Position numbers and translations under genes: made by a program
The notes under the pieces: generated by a model
Database searches by the model: none
What the model saw: the letters and a program-made list of their open reading frames with translations, nothing else
What the model was told of the DNA's origin: nothing
DNA from: Cyanobacteria bacterium P01_D01_bin.156
Lineage (GTDB): Bacteria > Cyanobacteriota > Cyanobacteriia > Phormidesmidales > Phormidesmidaceae
NCBI GenBank assembly: GCA_039024555.1
Contig: JBCCQQ010000001.1
Location: forward strand, 128,001-192,000
Length of the DNA stretch: 64,000 nucleotides
Direction of reading: 5' to 3'
Shown: one piece after another, positions 1 to 11,628 of the stretch
How the letters are laid out: every line of letters starts with the position of its first letter
Numbering within the stretch: the first letter of the stretch is position 1

Positions 1-50
1 AGCCTAGATATAACAGATAAGATCATCTCGTGTATAAAAACAACACTTAT

Positions 51-1145
51 TTAATTCGCACGTTGCCACTGGCGAACAACCTCTTCTACCACAGAACGAT
101 CAGGTGGAGATACCACTTTTCCAGTCGGTATTGTTGTTGCGCCAGGAATATTTCTACTCCAAGGGCTGTTGGGAACTGAGTTGAGGTCCACGTTAGCGTT
201 CATTGGCCGGAACCCATGTTGTACAAAGACTGCTTGCTGCTCTGGTGCCATTAGAAAGTCAATAAATGTACGGGCTGCTTTTGCTTTTCCACCGCTGACA
301 TTTCTCTGCACAATGGCCGCAGTAGAGACTGTTTCAATAGTTGGATTTAGATAAAGAATTTGATATGGTTTGCCTTGGGTAGCACTGGATTGTTCCCAAC
401 GATAGAGCGCAATACTCTCATAAACTGTGGCAATATCCGCATCATTAGGGCCACGAGCAATAAACTCTTGCAACAGAATATCTGTGGATCTGGGTGGTTG
501 ATAAACAGATCGTTTAACCAATCCAAACAGGTCTTGCACATTATTTTTGCCAAAATCACTTGAGCTGAGATTGGTGCTATTAGCTTCGGACTGAGACCAT
601 AAACTCATGGTGAGCTGACCACTATTCGACCGAGTCGGATCGGTTGTAACAAAATCAAAGCTACCCCATGCGGCATTACCTCCAATTTTGCTCCAGTTAC
701 GACTGGCCATGGCATCTTCTAAAGTCTGCCATTGAAACTCTCCCCCCGGAAAAAGTGCCTGCGCACGTTCTGGCCAGGAAATTGCCACCAGCATTGTTTT
801 CGCAATGGGCTGGGGCGTTTCATAAAATGGCTCACTGCCATACTGGGCCTGCCAGCGTTGGCTTAGCTCATCTAACAGCTGACCGTTGGCAGGAATGAGA
901 ACCGTAGGTTCAAAGTCATTGTTGTCGTCAATGTATTTATTGACAATATCCTGGGAGCCTTGGAATTCAAGATTAACTTGAATAGACGGATTCTGTTGTT
1001 CAAAACGAGTTTCAAGCAGCTTGAGTGGTTCCTGGAGTTCGCTACCGCTAACGATAGTAATGGTTTGGTTAACACCAGGAAGCGGGGCAAAAGCAAGACC
1101 AGCTGAAGCAGCAATGACGGCAAGGGAGATGAGGGGTTTGGACAT
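51..1145 (-). CDS. Substrate-binding domain protein (periplasmic binding fold), last gene of the SBP-vWA operon
   Basis: 364 aa; N-terminal hydrophobic signal; GSEL start motif; DPTRSNSG and YES motifs shared with the SBP domain of 1940-3655. Confidence 0.8.
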   Translation of the reverse strand: MSKPLISLAVIAASAGLAFAPLPGVNQTITIVSGSELQEPLKLLETRFEQQNPSIQVNLEFQGSQDIVNKYIDDNNDFEPTVLIPANGQLLDELSQRWQAQYGSEPFYETPQPIAKTMLVAISWPERAQALFPGGEFQWQTLEDAMASRNWSKIGGNAAWGSFDFVTTDPTRSNSGQLTMSLWSQSEANSTNLSSSDFGKNNVQDLFGLVKRSVYQPPRSTDILLQEFIARGPNDADIATVYESIALYRWEQSSATQGKPYQILYLNPTIETVSTAAIVQRNVSGGKAKAARTFIDFLMAPEQQAVFVQHGFRPMNANVDLNSVPNSPWSRNIPGATTIPTGKVVSPPDRSVVEEVVRQWQRAN

Positions 1146-1156
1146 GGGAGTAGCGC

Positions 1157-1190
1157 GTTCGGAATTAGGAATTTGGAATTCAGAAATTAA
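1157..1190. repeat. Heptameric short tandem repeat (GAATTCG/GAATTTG-like), copy 1
   Basis: ttcggaattaggaatttggaattcagaaatt in the gap between two operon genes. Confidence 0.7.
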
Positions 1191-1201
1191 GGTCCTGAAG
1201 A

Positions 1202-1921
1202 TTAGGCAATTAAAACATCAACATTTTCTTGAAGGGCCTTAAACTCATCACCCAGTTTTCGCAGTTCGCTGGCCGAGATTGCATCAGAGAGATCGGCAGT
1301 ACGTAGTTTGTTCTGCAGCTGCTGTAAAACGCCTCCAGACTCAGCGATAAGTGTGGATAGGTTGGCTAGCTGGGCCTGACGAGCATCTTCTCCTTGCTGG
1401 GCAAGGGCTATGTTGCGTTTGAGGCTGTTGGCGAGCTTACCCCACTGTTCCTGGGCCACTCCTTTGCTATTGCGGACTTTAATCTCCGCTTGTTTGAGCT
1501 GTCGTTCTAGTGCATTAACAGAAAGTAGAGCATCGTTACCCTCCATCCGAAGGGCCAACTGGTCAATTTTTTGGGGAAGTTCCTGGGTGCGATCGCAGGC
1601 ATATTGCACCACCCCTAATAGCTCAATTTCATCGCTAGCCGTTAGCAATCGTGTCGCCTCTTGATTCAGTTCATTCGCCCGTATGCCTAGATCTGTCGCC
1701 TGCTGACGCACCTGTTGAACTTCACGATCAACAGCCTTGTTAGCCAGCTCCACGCGATCGGGCTCTTTAGTTTTAAGGACGGCAGACCCCACTGTAGCAA
1801 TTGCGATCGCTCCTGGGATGGCCACTACAGCGGGCAGTCGTCCCAGACGCACACCACCTACCAAAAAAATGCCCCCTGCCAGCACCGCCAACGGATACTG
1901 CAATGGATTAGCTAGCTTCAT
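1202..1921 (-). CDS. Membrane-anchored coiled-coil hypothetical protein
   Basis: Two N-terminal hydrophobic segments followed by long Q/E/L/A-rich helices; ATG at 1921 preceded by GAGG (ORF track starts at TTG 1927). Confidence 0.75.
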   Translation of the reverse strand: MKLANPLQYPLAVLAGGIFLVGGVRLGRLPAVVAIPGAIAIATVGSAVLKTKEPDRVELANKAVDREVQQVRQQATDLGIRANELNQEATRLLTASDEIELLGVVQYACDRTQELPQKIDQLALRMEGNDALLSVNALERQLKQAEIKVRNSKGVAQEQWGKLANSLKRNIALAQQGEDARQAQLANLSTLIAESGGVLQQLQNKLRTADLSDAISASELRKLGDEFKALQENVDVLIA

Positions 1922-1939
1922 CAACAAACCTCAACTTAG

Positions 1940-3655
1940 CTAAAACTCTACCTGCAAATCAGCCATCAACTGGGCAATGGTTGCCGGGTCACCCTTACGA
2001 TAGTACCCGCCGTTTAGCTCAGCGATTTGTTCTAATGCCTGGGGATTAAACTCGCCTTCTTTGCCATAGCCAACGGTAAAAAAGGCGATTCGCTGATCCG
2101 ACGAAAAACCACTTTTAGAAAGCTCCTGGCCCAATTGGTCCAAACCAATCCGCGACTCAGAATCTTCACCATCTGTCAAAATCAGGACCGCATTAATAGA
2201 ATTAGCCCGTAGATTCTGCGATAGCCAGTTGCGCGCTGCCAGCGCCGAATCATAGAGACGTGTTCCTCCATCGGCACGCAGGCTGGCTATAAACTGCAGA
2301 CCTCTTGTTTGCCCCTCAGGGGTACCATCCACCAGCACCGGCTGGCGAATATCACTATCAAAGTCAATCAAAGCTACCTGATCCTTAGGCCCCAGGCTTT
2401 CCACATAGGTTTTGAGAGTATTTTGCACTGCGGGCAATTTACTCCCTTCCATAGAACCAGAGCTATCGACCACCACCACCACCTTGGAGGACTTCTTAGC
2501 CACCTGACTCCAGGAAGCGATCATCGCTTCAGTCACATCCGGTGCCGGAGGCCGATAGGAATCGTAGCTAGCTTGGGGGTCTACACCAAAATTACTGGAA
2601 AACTTGTTGCCTAGGGCTACCCCAGGTGCCCCAGGCCGTAAACCCAGATTAGTGGCAATCTGCTGAGCGGGAGGAGATTGTAAATACTCCACAATTTGAT
2701 CAGCCGCTGCTTTTTCCTGGTCGCTAACCCAGGGTGCACTAGGCACAATCGCCCGCATGTTTGAAGTAAAGGTGGACTTAGGATACACCGCTTCGTAACG
2801 GGTGCCTCCGGGGGGCAGCTCCGTATTGGCCGCAATCACGGATGACTCGTATACGGAACCAATGGAGGCCCAGAAGGGGCCATTTTCCACCATGGATTTA
2901 GCCAGAGTAGAGGTGGATTTACCATAGCGAGTGATTTTACTCTGAATATTTTGGACCGCCGCCTGATGTTGTTGTACGTCCGCTAGAGTCAGCTCCTCCG
3001 GCCGCTTACCCGATACAGAAGCAAACTGAGACACCAGAGTTTGTAGTCCTGAGTTAGAGCGTGTAGGCGCCGTATGAACGTAGTAAACCGGCTGGGCTGG
3101 GCTACTGGCATCCAGATCCTGATGGGTTTTAGCCGTCACTAGCTTGGCAAATAGATCCTCTACCTGACGCAGCCCCGGTGCCAAATCGCTAGGCACCATA
3201 AACACCATGGGGCTATTGGCTAAAAGCGGCGCATCGGTAATGGATGGAATATAGTTTTGACCAGGATATAGCTGATCCATACGATAGATCAGCTGGTTTT
3301 GGTATATTTCACCATCTACCGAAAGAATTGAGGGAAATTCCGGCGCATCTGCAGTAATGCTACCCTGCTGTAGCTGTTGAGCCAAACTGATTGTGCGCTC
3401 AACGACATCACCGCTACCGGCTGCTTCACAGCTCATGTAGAATGCTTCGCCACTGTCTAGCTTCGGATTGGTTTGGTTGAACTGGACCGCTGCGTCATCA
3501 CAAAAGTGGTGTAGCGCACTTCCCACCAGAAGCTTGACCTCAAATCCGTTGTTTCCTCCTCCACTGAACCCGCCTGAACCACCTCCACAACTGGCTAGCA
3601 ACAGGGCTAAGGATACTGGAACTGTGCCCAACAAGCGTTTCAATTGATTCACCAT
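1940..3655 (-). CDS. Lipoprotein: substrate-binding domain fused to a C-terminal von Willebrand A domain
   Basis: Lipobox LLLASC followed by a Gly-rich linker; APTRSNSG motif; intact MIDAS (VVDSSGSM, GGT, ILTDG); ATG at 3655 (track start TTG 3664). Confidence 0.85.
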   Translation of the reverse strand: MVNQLKRLLGTVPVSLALLLASCGGGSGGFSGGGNNGFEVKLLVGSALHHFCDDAAVQFNQTNPKLDSGEAFYMSCEAAGSGDVVERTISLAQQLQQGSITADAPEFPSILSVDGEIYQNQLIYRMDQLYPGQNYIPSITDAPLLANSPMVFMVPSDLAPGLRQVEDLFAKLVTAKTHQDLDASSPAQPVYYVHTAPTRSNSGLQTLVSQFASVSGKRPEELTLADVQQHQAAVQNIQSKITRYGKSTSTLAKSMVENGPFWASIGSVYESSVIAANTELPPGGTRYEAVYPKSTFTSNMRAIVPSAPWVSDQEKAAADQIVEYLQSPPAQQIATNLGLRPGAPGVALGNKFSSNFGVDPQASYDSYRPPAPDVTEAMIASWSQVAKKSSKVVVVVDSSGSMEGSKLPAVQNTLKTYVESLGPKDQVALIDFDSDIRQPVLVDGTPEGQTRGLQFIASLRADGGTRLYDSALAARNWLSQNLRANSINAVLILTDGEDSESRIGLDQLGQELSKSGFSSDQRIAFFTVGYGKEGEFNPQALEQIAELNGGYYRKGDPATIAQLMADLQVEF

Positions 3656-3767
3656 AACTTTCAAGACGCTATTTGCAATGAGCTACACAGAATTCTGTGG
3701 CAATATCGCACTTATTGTGACCAATTGCAGACGATGGACACGCCAAGCTAAAGCAATTTAAACATTT

Positions 3768-3859
3768 GGCGTTGCTGATCCTCGGGATGATTTTCTCTGT
3801 GCAAATCCAGACAACCGAAAAGCTCTACAGATCATTTTCGCCTCTAAATCAGCAACAGC
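3768..3859 (+). mobile_element. ~90-bp MITE family A, copy 1
   Basis: ggcgttgctgatcctcgggatga...taaatcagcaacagc; inverted termini; first ~25 nt identical to the copy at 10438. Confidence 0.8.
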
Positions 3860-3906
3860 AATATTTTGACCGTTGCGATGTGTCCCCAAATCTCAAACAG
3901 TACTAT

Positions 3907-4098
3907 CTAACGATCTTCACAATCAGTCTGAATATCTACATCTAGGGTGTCTTCATCAATGGTGATGTAGAGAATATTGGGACGACAACACACCTGACAG
4001 TCTTCTACATACTGTTGGGTAAGACCTCCACTGATGTCGATGAATGTGGTGTTCGGCTCACCACAATAGGCGCAATAGTATTCGGCGGTAGTTTGCAT
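3907..4098 (-). CDS. CPXCG-motif cysteine-rich small protein
   Basis: MQTTAEYYCAYCGE...YVEDCQVCCRPN; ATG at 4098. Confidence 0.85.
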   Translation of the reverse strand: MQTTAEYYCAYCGEPNTTFIDISGGLTQQYVEDCQVCCRPNILYITIDEDTLDVDIQTDCEDR

Positions 4099-4164
4099 CT
4101 TTGCAGAGTGGATAGTAACCACCCGAGAGAGGTGTTGGACATTAACAATTATTCGGAGGAAACC

Positions 4165-5520
4165 CTAGTAGCGCTGGGGCTGTTTACGTTCTCGTTCAAG
4201 CCGACACCGAATACGGTGATGGGCACGACGGGTTAACGGATATCGATGCACACAGTACAGCCCCCCAAAAATTAATAGGCTAGGAACAGCACTAGCCAGC
4301 AGACGAATAACCAATAACTGGGTATCTGGGCCAATCTGGTCTGCCCAATCAAGCGTCCAGCCCGATAGAAAAATTGCGATCGCAATTCCCACCTTTTGCA
4401 AAAATACCATCAGGCTAATAAACATCCCCTCCTGACGCTCACCAGTGCGCAGCTCCTCGTCATCAATCACATCGGGCAGCATGGCAAAGGGCACCAAGTA
4501 AAAGGTGGAAAGCCCGGCTCCAATGATCAGCCCCACCGTATACATAGCCGTAATCTGGCCCGGTTGAAGCATCCCTAAAATACACATCCCCACCAGTGCC
4601 AGTGGAGCACCGGCAAAGTAAACCCGTTGCTTGCTGGTGCGTTTGGTCACCCATAACCAAAAGGGCAGCATCGCCACCGAACTGCCTTGGACTGCGATCG
4701 CCATTTGGGTAAAGTGCTGCTCCCCTAAGCCCATCCAATCAGTCACAAAAAAGGGCAACATCGCCGCTGTTACCTGTACCCCCACCCAAGAACATAGGTA
4801 CAGTCCCATAACCCAGCGAAAGGCTCGATTTTGGAATACTTTACGCAACTGACGCCCCATGGGATGAGGAGAGAGCTCCGGTTGGTGACGCATCATTGGA
4901 CGGTATTGTCCGTAGGTGCCCACCACACACACAGCAATCGCCACAACAATAAATACAGCGCTCACCCCACCCAAAATCACGTACTGTCGCTGGCTATCCT
5001 CCACAAGGGCAAAAATGATTTGGGCCAATACCAGTCCCACCACAGAACCAATAATGTTGGCCGCTGAGCGTACCGACATAATGCTTGTACGCTCGTCGTA
5101 GTCGGGTGTGAGCTCTGTGGCAATAGCCACCATCGGTAGAATAATCACCGAAAACGCGGTGTAACCACCGATGGCCATGGCAGTGTAATAAACAAATAGG
5201 CCAACCTGCGACTCTAACGGGGGCACCACCCAAAGCATCAATGTAAAAAACCCCAAGGGCAGAGCACCCATCACCAACCACGGATAGCGTCGTCCCCAAC
5301 GAGAACGGGTGCGATCGCTCAACCAACCAATCACTGGATCATTGACGGCATCCCAGATTCGTCCAATCAGCAGGACAGCGCCTGCCAGGGTAGGAGATAA
5401 CCCCACTACCTCAGTCAGAAAAAACAGTAAATAGAAAATAGCCAGGCCAATGGGAATAGCCGTGCCTAGTTCACCAATGCCGTAGGCTACTTTAGTCTGC
5501 AGAGACAAGCGATTGGACAT
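4165..5520 (-). CDS. MFS transporter, GPH (MelB-like sugar:cation symporter) family
   Basis: RIWDAVNDPVIGWLSDRTRSRWGRRYPW, ELTPDYDERT and TGERQEG motifs; about 12 hydrophobic segments. Confidence 0.9.
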   Translation of the reverse strand: MSNRLSLQTKVAYGIGELGTAIPIGLAIFYLLFFLTEVVGLSPTLAGAVLLIGRIWDAVNDPVIGWLSDRTRSRWGRRYPWLVMGALPLGFFTLMLWVVPPLESQVGLFVYYTAMAIGGYTAFSVIILPMVAIATELTPDYDERTSIMSVRSAANIIGSVVGLVLAQIIFALVEDSQRQYVILGGVSAVFIVVAIAVCVVGTYGQYRPMMRHQPELSPHPMGRQLRKVFQNRAFRWVMGLYLCSWVGVQVTAAMLPFFVTDWMGLGEQHFTQMAIAVQGSSVAMLPFWLWVTKRTSKQRVYFAGAPLALVGMCILGMLQPGQITAMYTVGLIIGAGLSTFYLVPFAMLPDVIDDEELRTGERQEGMFISLMVFLQKVGIAIAIFLSGWTLDWADQIGPDTQLLVIRLLASAVPSLLIFGGLYCVHRYPLTRRAHHRIRCRLERERKQPQRY

Positions 5521-5698
5521 GACGTAGGTAGTGATGCTCAGTATTCCAAGATACCGAAGAGTGTCATGCCCTGAATAGTACTCCCATGGGTTGGGATAAC
5601 CTATTCAACGTGCACCTGAAGAAGAAAAATGGCCATTAAAGGGTCTAATAATCTCAAAACTGGGCAGCAATTTAAGCAGGGAAATCTAGACTAGGACT

Positions 5699-5775
5699 AA
5701 ATTCGGAAGTCAGAATTCGGAAGTCAGAAGGGGAGGATGTTCCGAACTCCGAATTCCAAATTCCGAACTCTAAAT
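5699..5775. repeat. Heptameric tandem repeats arranged as an inverted pair, copy 2
   Basis: aattcggaagtcagaattcggaagtcagaa ... ttccgaactccgaattccaaattccgaactctaaat. Confidence 0.8.
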
Positions 5776-5810
5776 CCCTGGGGAAATCGTCCCGCTTTGA
5801 GTTGGGACCC

Positions 5811-6311
5811 TCAAAACTGCCAATTAATAGACCCAGCAATTTCCGCATCTGTATCGTCAGATTTCAGAATTAAGTTCCCTTCTACATTGAGCACAAGACG
5901 TTCCGTAAGACTCATATCTAAACCAGCCGTAATCATTGGGTCTAGATCACTTTCATCAAAATTGTAGGCAAACCCGCCGCCGCCAAATACAAGGAACTGT
6001 TCATCAAACGGTAAGTCAAAGGAAACCGGAAAACGCCCTTCAAACTGATCTCCGATCAAAACAGCTGGCCGCACAGATAAACTGTTTTGTTCAAACTGAA
6101 TCACTTCAAATTTAGAGTCAAGCACTAAAGCCGTCGAATCATTCAATCCACTACGAACACCTGCACCTACATAGTTATCAATTGCATTATCCATAAAGGG
6201 TGATGCACCGACAGATGGGGCTAACGCTGCGATTCCCACAAAAGCACCCAACAACGATTTAGCTAATTTAGAACCCATAAGAACGTTTGATAAACGGATT
6301 GCATATGCCAT
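5811..6311 (-). CDS. Small outer-membrane beta-barrel-like protein
   Basis: Signal-peptide-like N-terminus, amphipathic beta strands, C-terminal aromatic motif INWQF. Confidence 0.7.
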   Translation of the reverse strand: MAYAIRLSNVLMGSKLAKSLLGAFVGIAALAPSVGASPFMDNAIDNYVGAGVRSGLNDSTALVLDSKFEVIQFEQNSLSVRPAVLIGDQFEGRFPVSFDLPFDEQFLVFGGGGFAYNFDESDLDPMITAGLDMSLTERLVLNVEGNLILKSDDTDAEIAGSINWQF

Positions 6312-6647
6312 AAATGGTTTTAATCATCAAGGCTAGGCGATACTCTACAGGAAGATTTAGTAGAGGTATCTGAAACGATTTCAGCCTTGAGACATCCTTC
6401 ATAGAAGTCGGATGAAAATATTTTTTTTGATAATTACCGTTCTCAAAAAGAACCTGCTTAAATGGGATCAAAACTTGCGTTGCTAAGCTTTAGATAAATA
6501 TGCCTGCAAAGTCATGCTACACAGCATTTCCAACAGATAGTTTGATCGTTTGAGCTAGCAACTGCCTGGACAGCCGAACATTTTCATGGCTGACCGTATT
6601 AGAACAAAAACCTTTAACAATGTTGTTTTTGCTAATGGGAGTGCATC

Positions 6648-6926
6648 ATGACTGTTGAAACCTTAAACCACATGATGACCTATGTCATTGAAGGCTGGGC
6701 GGTCGTCAGCGCTACGTATCTGAGCCTTGGGTTTACCCTGTCGTTTACAGCTCGGGTAAAAAATGGTTTGAAGGAAAAAGAAGCCGCCCAAGCAACAGCC
6801 AAAGCAGAAGAGGTCAAAAATGCTAAACGTGTGGCTGAAATGACGGCTGTGTCTGAAAAGTACACCAAGCCATCAAATCGGCAAACAATCAAAAGCAGTG
6901 TGAAAGTACCTGAAACTGAGCTTTAG
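6648..6926 (+). CDS. Hypothetical protein with one N-terminal TM segment
   Basis: 92 aa; GGGAG RBS before the ATG; hydrophobic segment followed by a charged tail. Confidence 0.65.
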   Translation: MTVETLNHMMTYVIEGWAVVSATYLSLGFTLSFTARVKNGLKEKEAAQATAKAEEVKNAKRVAEMTAVSEKYTKPSNRQTIKSSVKVPETEL

Positions 6927-6934
6927 AAGGCATA

Positions 6935-6973
6935 GGCAATGGAGTAGTAGGAGAGTGCTACCACTCCACTGCC
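6935..6973. terminator. Hairpin between convergent genes (possible bidirectional terminator)
   Basis: ggcaatggagtagtag...ctaccactccactgcc imperfect stem; no clear U-tract. Confidence 0.45.
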
Positions 6974-7012
6974 TCGAAACATAGGGAGAGCCCCCTACTT
7001 AACTCACATGCC

Positions 7013-8722
<1,710 letters not shown>

Positions 8723-8759
8723 TCAACAGACTGCCATATTAGACATTCCGTTTACAGGG

Positions 8760-8860
8760 GGAAGTTTGCATTCGGAATTCGGAAGTTTGAATTTAGAGTT
8801 TTGGGAGGCGCAAGTCGCCATTACTTTATTGAGACTTGCGAATTCTAAATTCCAAATTCT
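8760..8860. repeat. Heptameric tandem repeats in inverted arrangement, copy 3
   Basis: ttcggaattcggaagtttgaatttagag ... gaattctaaattccaaattc enclosing an inner inverted repeat cgcaagtc/gacttgcg. Confidence 0.75.
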
Positions 8861-9366
8861 CAGACCCATTGGCGTTTAAGCTGCCGAAGAAATACGAGCC
8901 ACAATCGGGCAGGTTTACCGTAAAACGTGAAAACATCACCATAGGCCAAATTGGCATTACGGTGGTGCAGCTGATGACGTTCAGGGGTGGTGATACAGAA
9001 CCAGCGACACAGGGTTGTAATTAGCTTTGGAGTGCGATGGGTGGGAGCAAACTGGTGTCGCCAAATGACATGCAGCTCAGCTAATAACAACCCAATAGCC
9101 GTGCCCACGGGAGAGAGCCACCAAAGCAGGGGCGCCCACATCAGGTAAGGGAGAGCGCCTAAAAAACCAGGCAACAAAGCCTGAGGACAATGTTTACGTA
9201 TGGCATAGCTCACAAAACTACGGTTGGGGCTATGGTGAACGATGCTGTGATAACGACCAAACACATGTTCTGGGACATGGTACACGAAGGTAGCGACAAA
9301 ATCCCCTAGAAGCAGCAGTAAAAGGGGAACAACCAAAAGCTTCTCAAAAATTTGTACGTAGTCCAT
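8860..9366 (-). CDS. Fatty acid hydroxylase / sterol desaturase superfamily protein
   Basis: His boxes HVPEH, HSIVHH, HVIWRH, HQLHH; ATG at 9366 (track start TTG 9393). Confidence 0.8.
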   Translation of the reverse strand: MDYVQIFEKLLVVPLLLLLLGDFVATFVYHVPEHVFGRYHSIVHHSPNRSFVSYAIRKHCPQALLPGFLGALPYLMWAPLLWWLSPVGTAIGLLLAELHVIWRHQFAPTHRTPKLITTLCRWFCITTPERHQLHHRNANLAYGDVFTFYGKPARLWLVFLRQLKRQWV

Positions 9367-9473
9367 GCCGATTGCCTCGTAACTTCTCGGCAACCTAGCA
9401 AAACAAATTTAAAGTTTATTTAACATTGAGTTTAAAAATGACTTACAGTTTCCAAGTGCGATTTATTGGCCCT

Positions 9474-9659
9474 TTATCGAGTGGACTGAACAGTACTAAA
9501 GAGTGCGATCGCAAAACAGGCCAAAATCAGTAGCCAAATCACAATTCCTGGTAAAAACACCAGTAAGCCAATGCCACGCAAGCCCCATACAATAGCGGTC
9601 ATAGCGATGGTAGCCAATAGAAGTTGGGTGATTGGACGCAAACGAAAACGGTTAGGCAT
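9474..9659 (-). CDS. Small two-TM membrane protein
   Basis: 61 aa; VWGLRGIGLLVFLPG pattern typical of a small cyanobacterial membrane protein. Confidence 0.7.
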   Translation of the reverse strand: MPNRFRLRPITQLLLATIAMTAIVWGLRGIGLLVFLPGIVIWLLILACFAIALFSTVQSTR

Positions 9660-9889
9660 CGGTCAAACTGGGTGAGTGGATCTTCTTAAGGAACAACAAG
9701 GTTCACCAAGGTTTTACGCAATAATGTGCGTGCTTGACACTAGTCTTACGTCGTCTGGTTAATAATGGCAACGAATCAGCAAAGCTTGGTAAATTTCAAT
9801 GCTGAGCATCTGATTTAAGGGTCCACACCATTCTTATTGATTCATCCATTTATTTCCTTATACCTATCCCGTTTTTCCTTATTGATCTT

Positions 9890-10429
9890 ATGGTTTCAAT
9901 GACCCAGCAGGCCGCTTTGCTGCGCGGTGATGTTTTAATCGATACTCGTAGCCATGCCGGCCAAGGCGCAGCTGTCACGGCACAAATGTATGTCCCATTG
10001 GTACGCTCTCACCTCTGGGAACAGCTGACTGACTACAGTCGTTGGGTTCATTATTTTCCCGACATCACCCAAAGCCGAGAATTAGAAGCTTCTGTTAAAC
10101 AGCACGTCAAACAGCAGTCAAAGCGCATCACCCGCAAACTTTATCAAGCCGCCCGTAAGGCCTTTATCTTATTCACGGCTCAAGTAGAAATCTACTTGCA
10201 TGTTGTAGAGCATTTACACCAAAGCATCCAATTTCGCCTAGAACGGGGTACCTTTGCCGATTTTTCCGCCGATCTTGTCCTTGAAGATTTTGGCGATGGC
10301 ACACTGCTAACCTATTCAGTAAGAGCCACACCGATGATTCCAGCACCCAAGTTTCTGCTAGAACAAGCCATGCGCATTGACTTACCGGGCAACCTAAAAA
10401 CAATGCGTCGCGTACTATGCAAATCCTAA
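9890..10429 (+). CDS. SRPBCC / polyketide cyclase-dehydrase (START fold) protein
   Basis: LWEQLTDYSRWVHYFPDI and GTLLTYSV motifs; C-terminal helix DLPGNLKTMR. Confidence 0.85.
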   Translation: MVSMTQQAALLRGDVLIDTRSHAGQGAAVTAQMYVPLVRSHLWEQLTDYSRWVHYFPDITQSRELEASVKQHVKQQSKRITRKLYQAARKAFILFTAQVEIYLHVVEHLHQSIQFRLERGTFADFSADLVLEDFGDGTLLTYSVRATPMIPAPKFLLEQAMRIDLPGNLKTMRRVLCKS

Positions 10430-10437
10430 ATAAAACG

Positions 10438-10528
10438 GGCGTTGCTGATCCTCGGGATGATTTTTTCTGCAAGACTCTGGCACAGTTGACCGTCATCCAA
10501 TCGGTCTATCCCATAAATCAGCAACGGC
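10438..10528 (+). mobile_element. ~90-bp MITE family A, copy 2, with perfect 8-bp target duplication
   Basis: ggcgttgctga...tcagcaacggc flanked by ATAAAACG at 10430-10437 and 10529-10536. Confidence 0.9.
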
Positions 10529-10553
10529 ATAAAACGCTAGCACTCTAAACTTA

Positions 10554-10739
10554 CTAGCTACGTTCAACAAATAATCGCCCCGCAGCTAGGGCAGCACTGC
10601 TGGTGGAATATACGCATCCGTCACTCAACACATTCAACTCACGATTAATGAGCCAACAGCGATAGCCATTACCCTGTTGGCTCACCTCAATAATCCACCC
10701 CACACGGGCAGATACCTGAACCACTGGAGTTGCATCCAT
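10554..10739 (-). CDS. Hypothetical protein
   Basis: MDATPVVQV...GWIIEV...GYRCW...ALAAGRLFVERS; the upstream ATG at 10787 lies inside a palindrome. Confidence 0.6.
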   Translation of the reverse strand: MDATPVVQVSARVGWIIEVSQQGNGYRCWLINRELNVLSDGCVYSTSSAALAAGRLFVERS

Positions 10740-10779
10740 AGAGCCTGCCTCACAAGCATCTATAACTAGAGTAGCAAAG

Positions 10780-10839
10780 CAAATCATGAAACCCTACTCC
10801 CCCACGAAAGACTCTTGGGAAGTAGGGTTTCATGATTTG
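10780..10839. repeat. 19-bp perfect inverted repeat between divergent genes
   Basis: caaatcatgaaaccctact (10780-10798) / agtagggtttcatgatttg (10821-10839). Confidence 0.85.
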
Positions 10840-10937
10840 TCGCTGCAGGTTCTTACGATCAATTCATGTTTTGCATTTAGAATTTTTGAAGGTTCATCAG
10901 TTTTGATAGCCTCCTCACCTCCCACTACAAAAATCTA

Positions 10938-11603
10938 ATGTCTACCCAACTGTTACAACTCACAGAAAATCTGTATCAATATCTGTTGTCAGTTGGCGTA
11001 CGAGACAATGCACTCCTACAACAGTTACGAGAAGAAAATGCGCAACACCCTAGATCTGTGATGCAAATTTCGCCTGAACAGGGACAGTTTATGGGGCTAC
11101 TGATCCAGCTTATGGGAGTTAAAAAAGCATTAGAGATTGGAGTTTTCACCGGATATAGCTCTTTGATTGTTGCTATGGCCTTGCCTGATGATGGTCAGCT
11201 AATCGCTTGTGACATTAGTGATGACTACACAACAATGGCCCATAAATATTGGAAACAGGCTGGAGTCGACCACAAAATTGATTTACGTATTGCTCCAGCT
11301 TTAGAAACTCTGGATCATCTGATCACAGAAGGTCACAGCAACAGTTTTGATTTTGCATTTATCGATGCTGACAAGAGTAATTATGATAATTACTATGAGC
11401 GCTCTTTACAGCTCGTTCGACCCGGTGGCCTGATTGCCATAGATAATGTGTTGTGGTCAGGCAGAGTCGCGGCACCTCCAGCAGCACATGATAATCGAAC
11501 AAAACGTATTGACGCTTTAAATCAGAAGATCCATAACGATGAGCGAGTTTCCATAAGTTTATTGCCCATTGCTGATGGTCTGATGCTGGCCATGAAACGT
11601 TAA
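10938..11603 (+). CDS. SAM-dependent O-methyltransferase, CCoAOMT-like
   Basis: MQISPEQGQF, ALEIGVFTGYS, FDFAFIDADK and IDNVLW motifs. Confidence 0.93.
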   Translation: MSTQLLQLTENLYQYLLSVGVRDNALLQQLREENAQHPRSVMQISPEQGQFMGLLIQLMGVKKALEIGVFTGYSSLIVAMALPDDGQLIACDISDDYTTMAHKYWKQAGVDHKIDLRIAPALETLDHLITEGHSNSFDFAFIDADKSNYDNYYERSLQLVRPGGLIAIDNVLWSGRVAAPPAAHDNRTKRIDALNQKIHNDERVSISLLPIADGLMLAMKR

Positions 11604-11628
11604 AGACCACTAATTTCGGTTTAGCCCG

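Noticed and set aside
5737..5967. ORF starting MFRTPNSKFRT
   Set aside because: Translation of heptamer repeats running antisense into the beta-barrel gene
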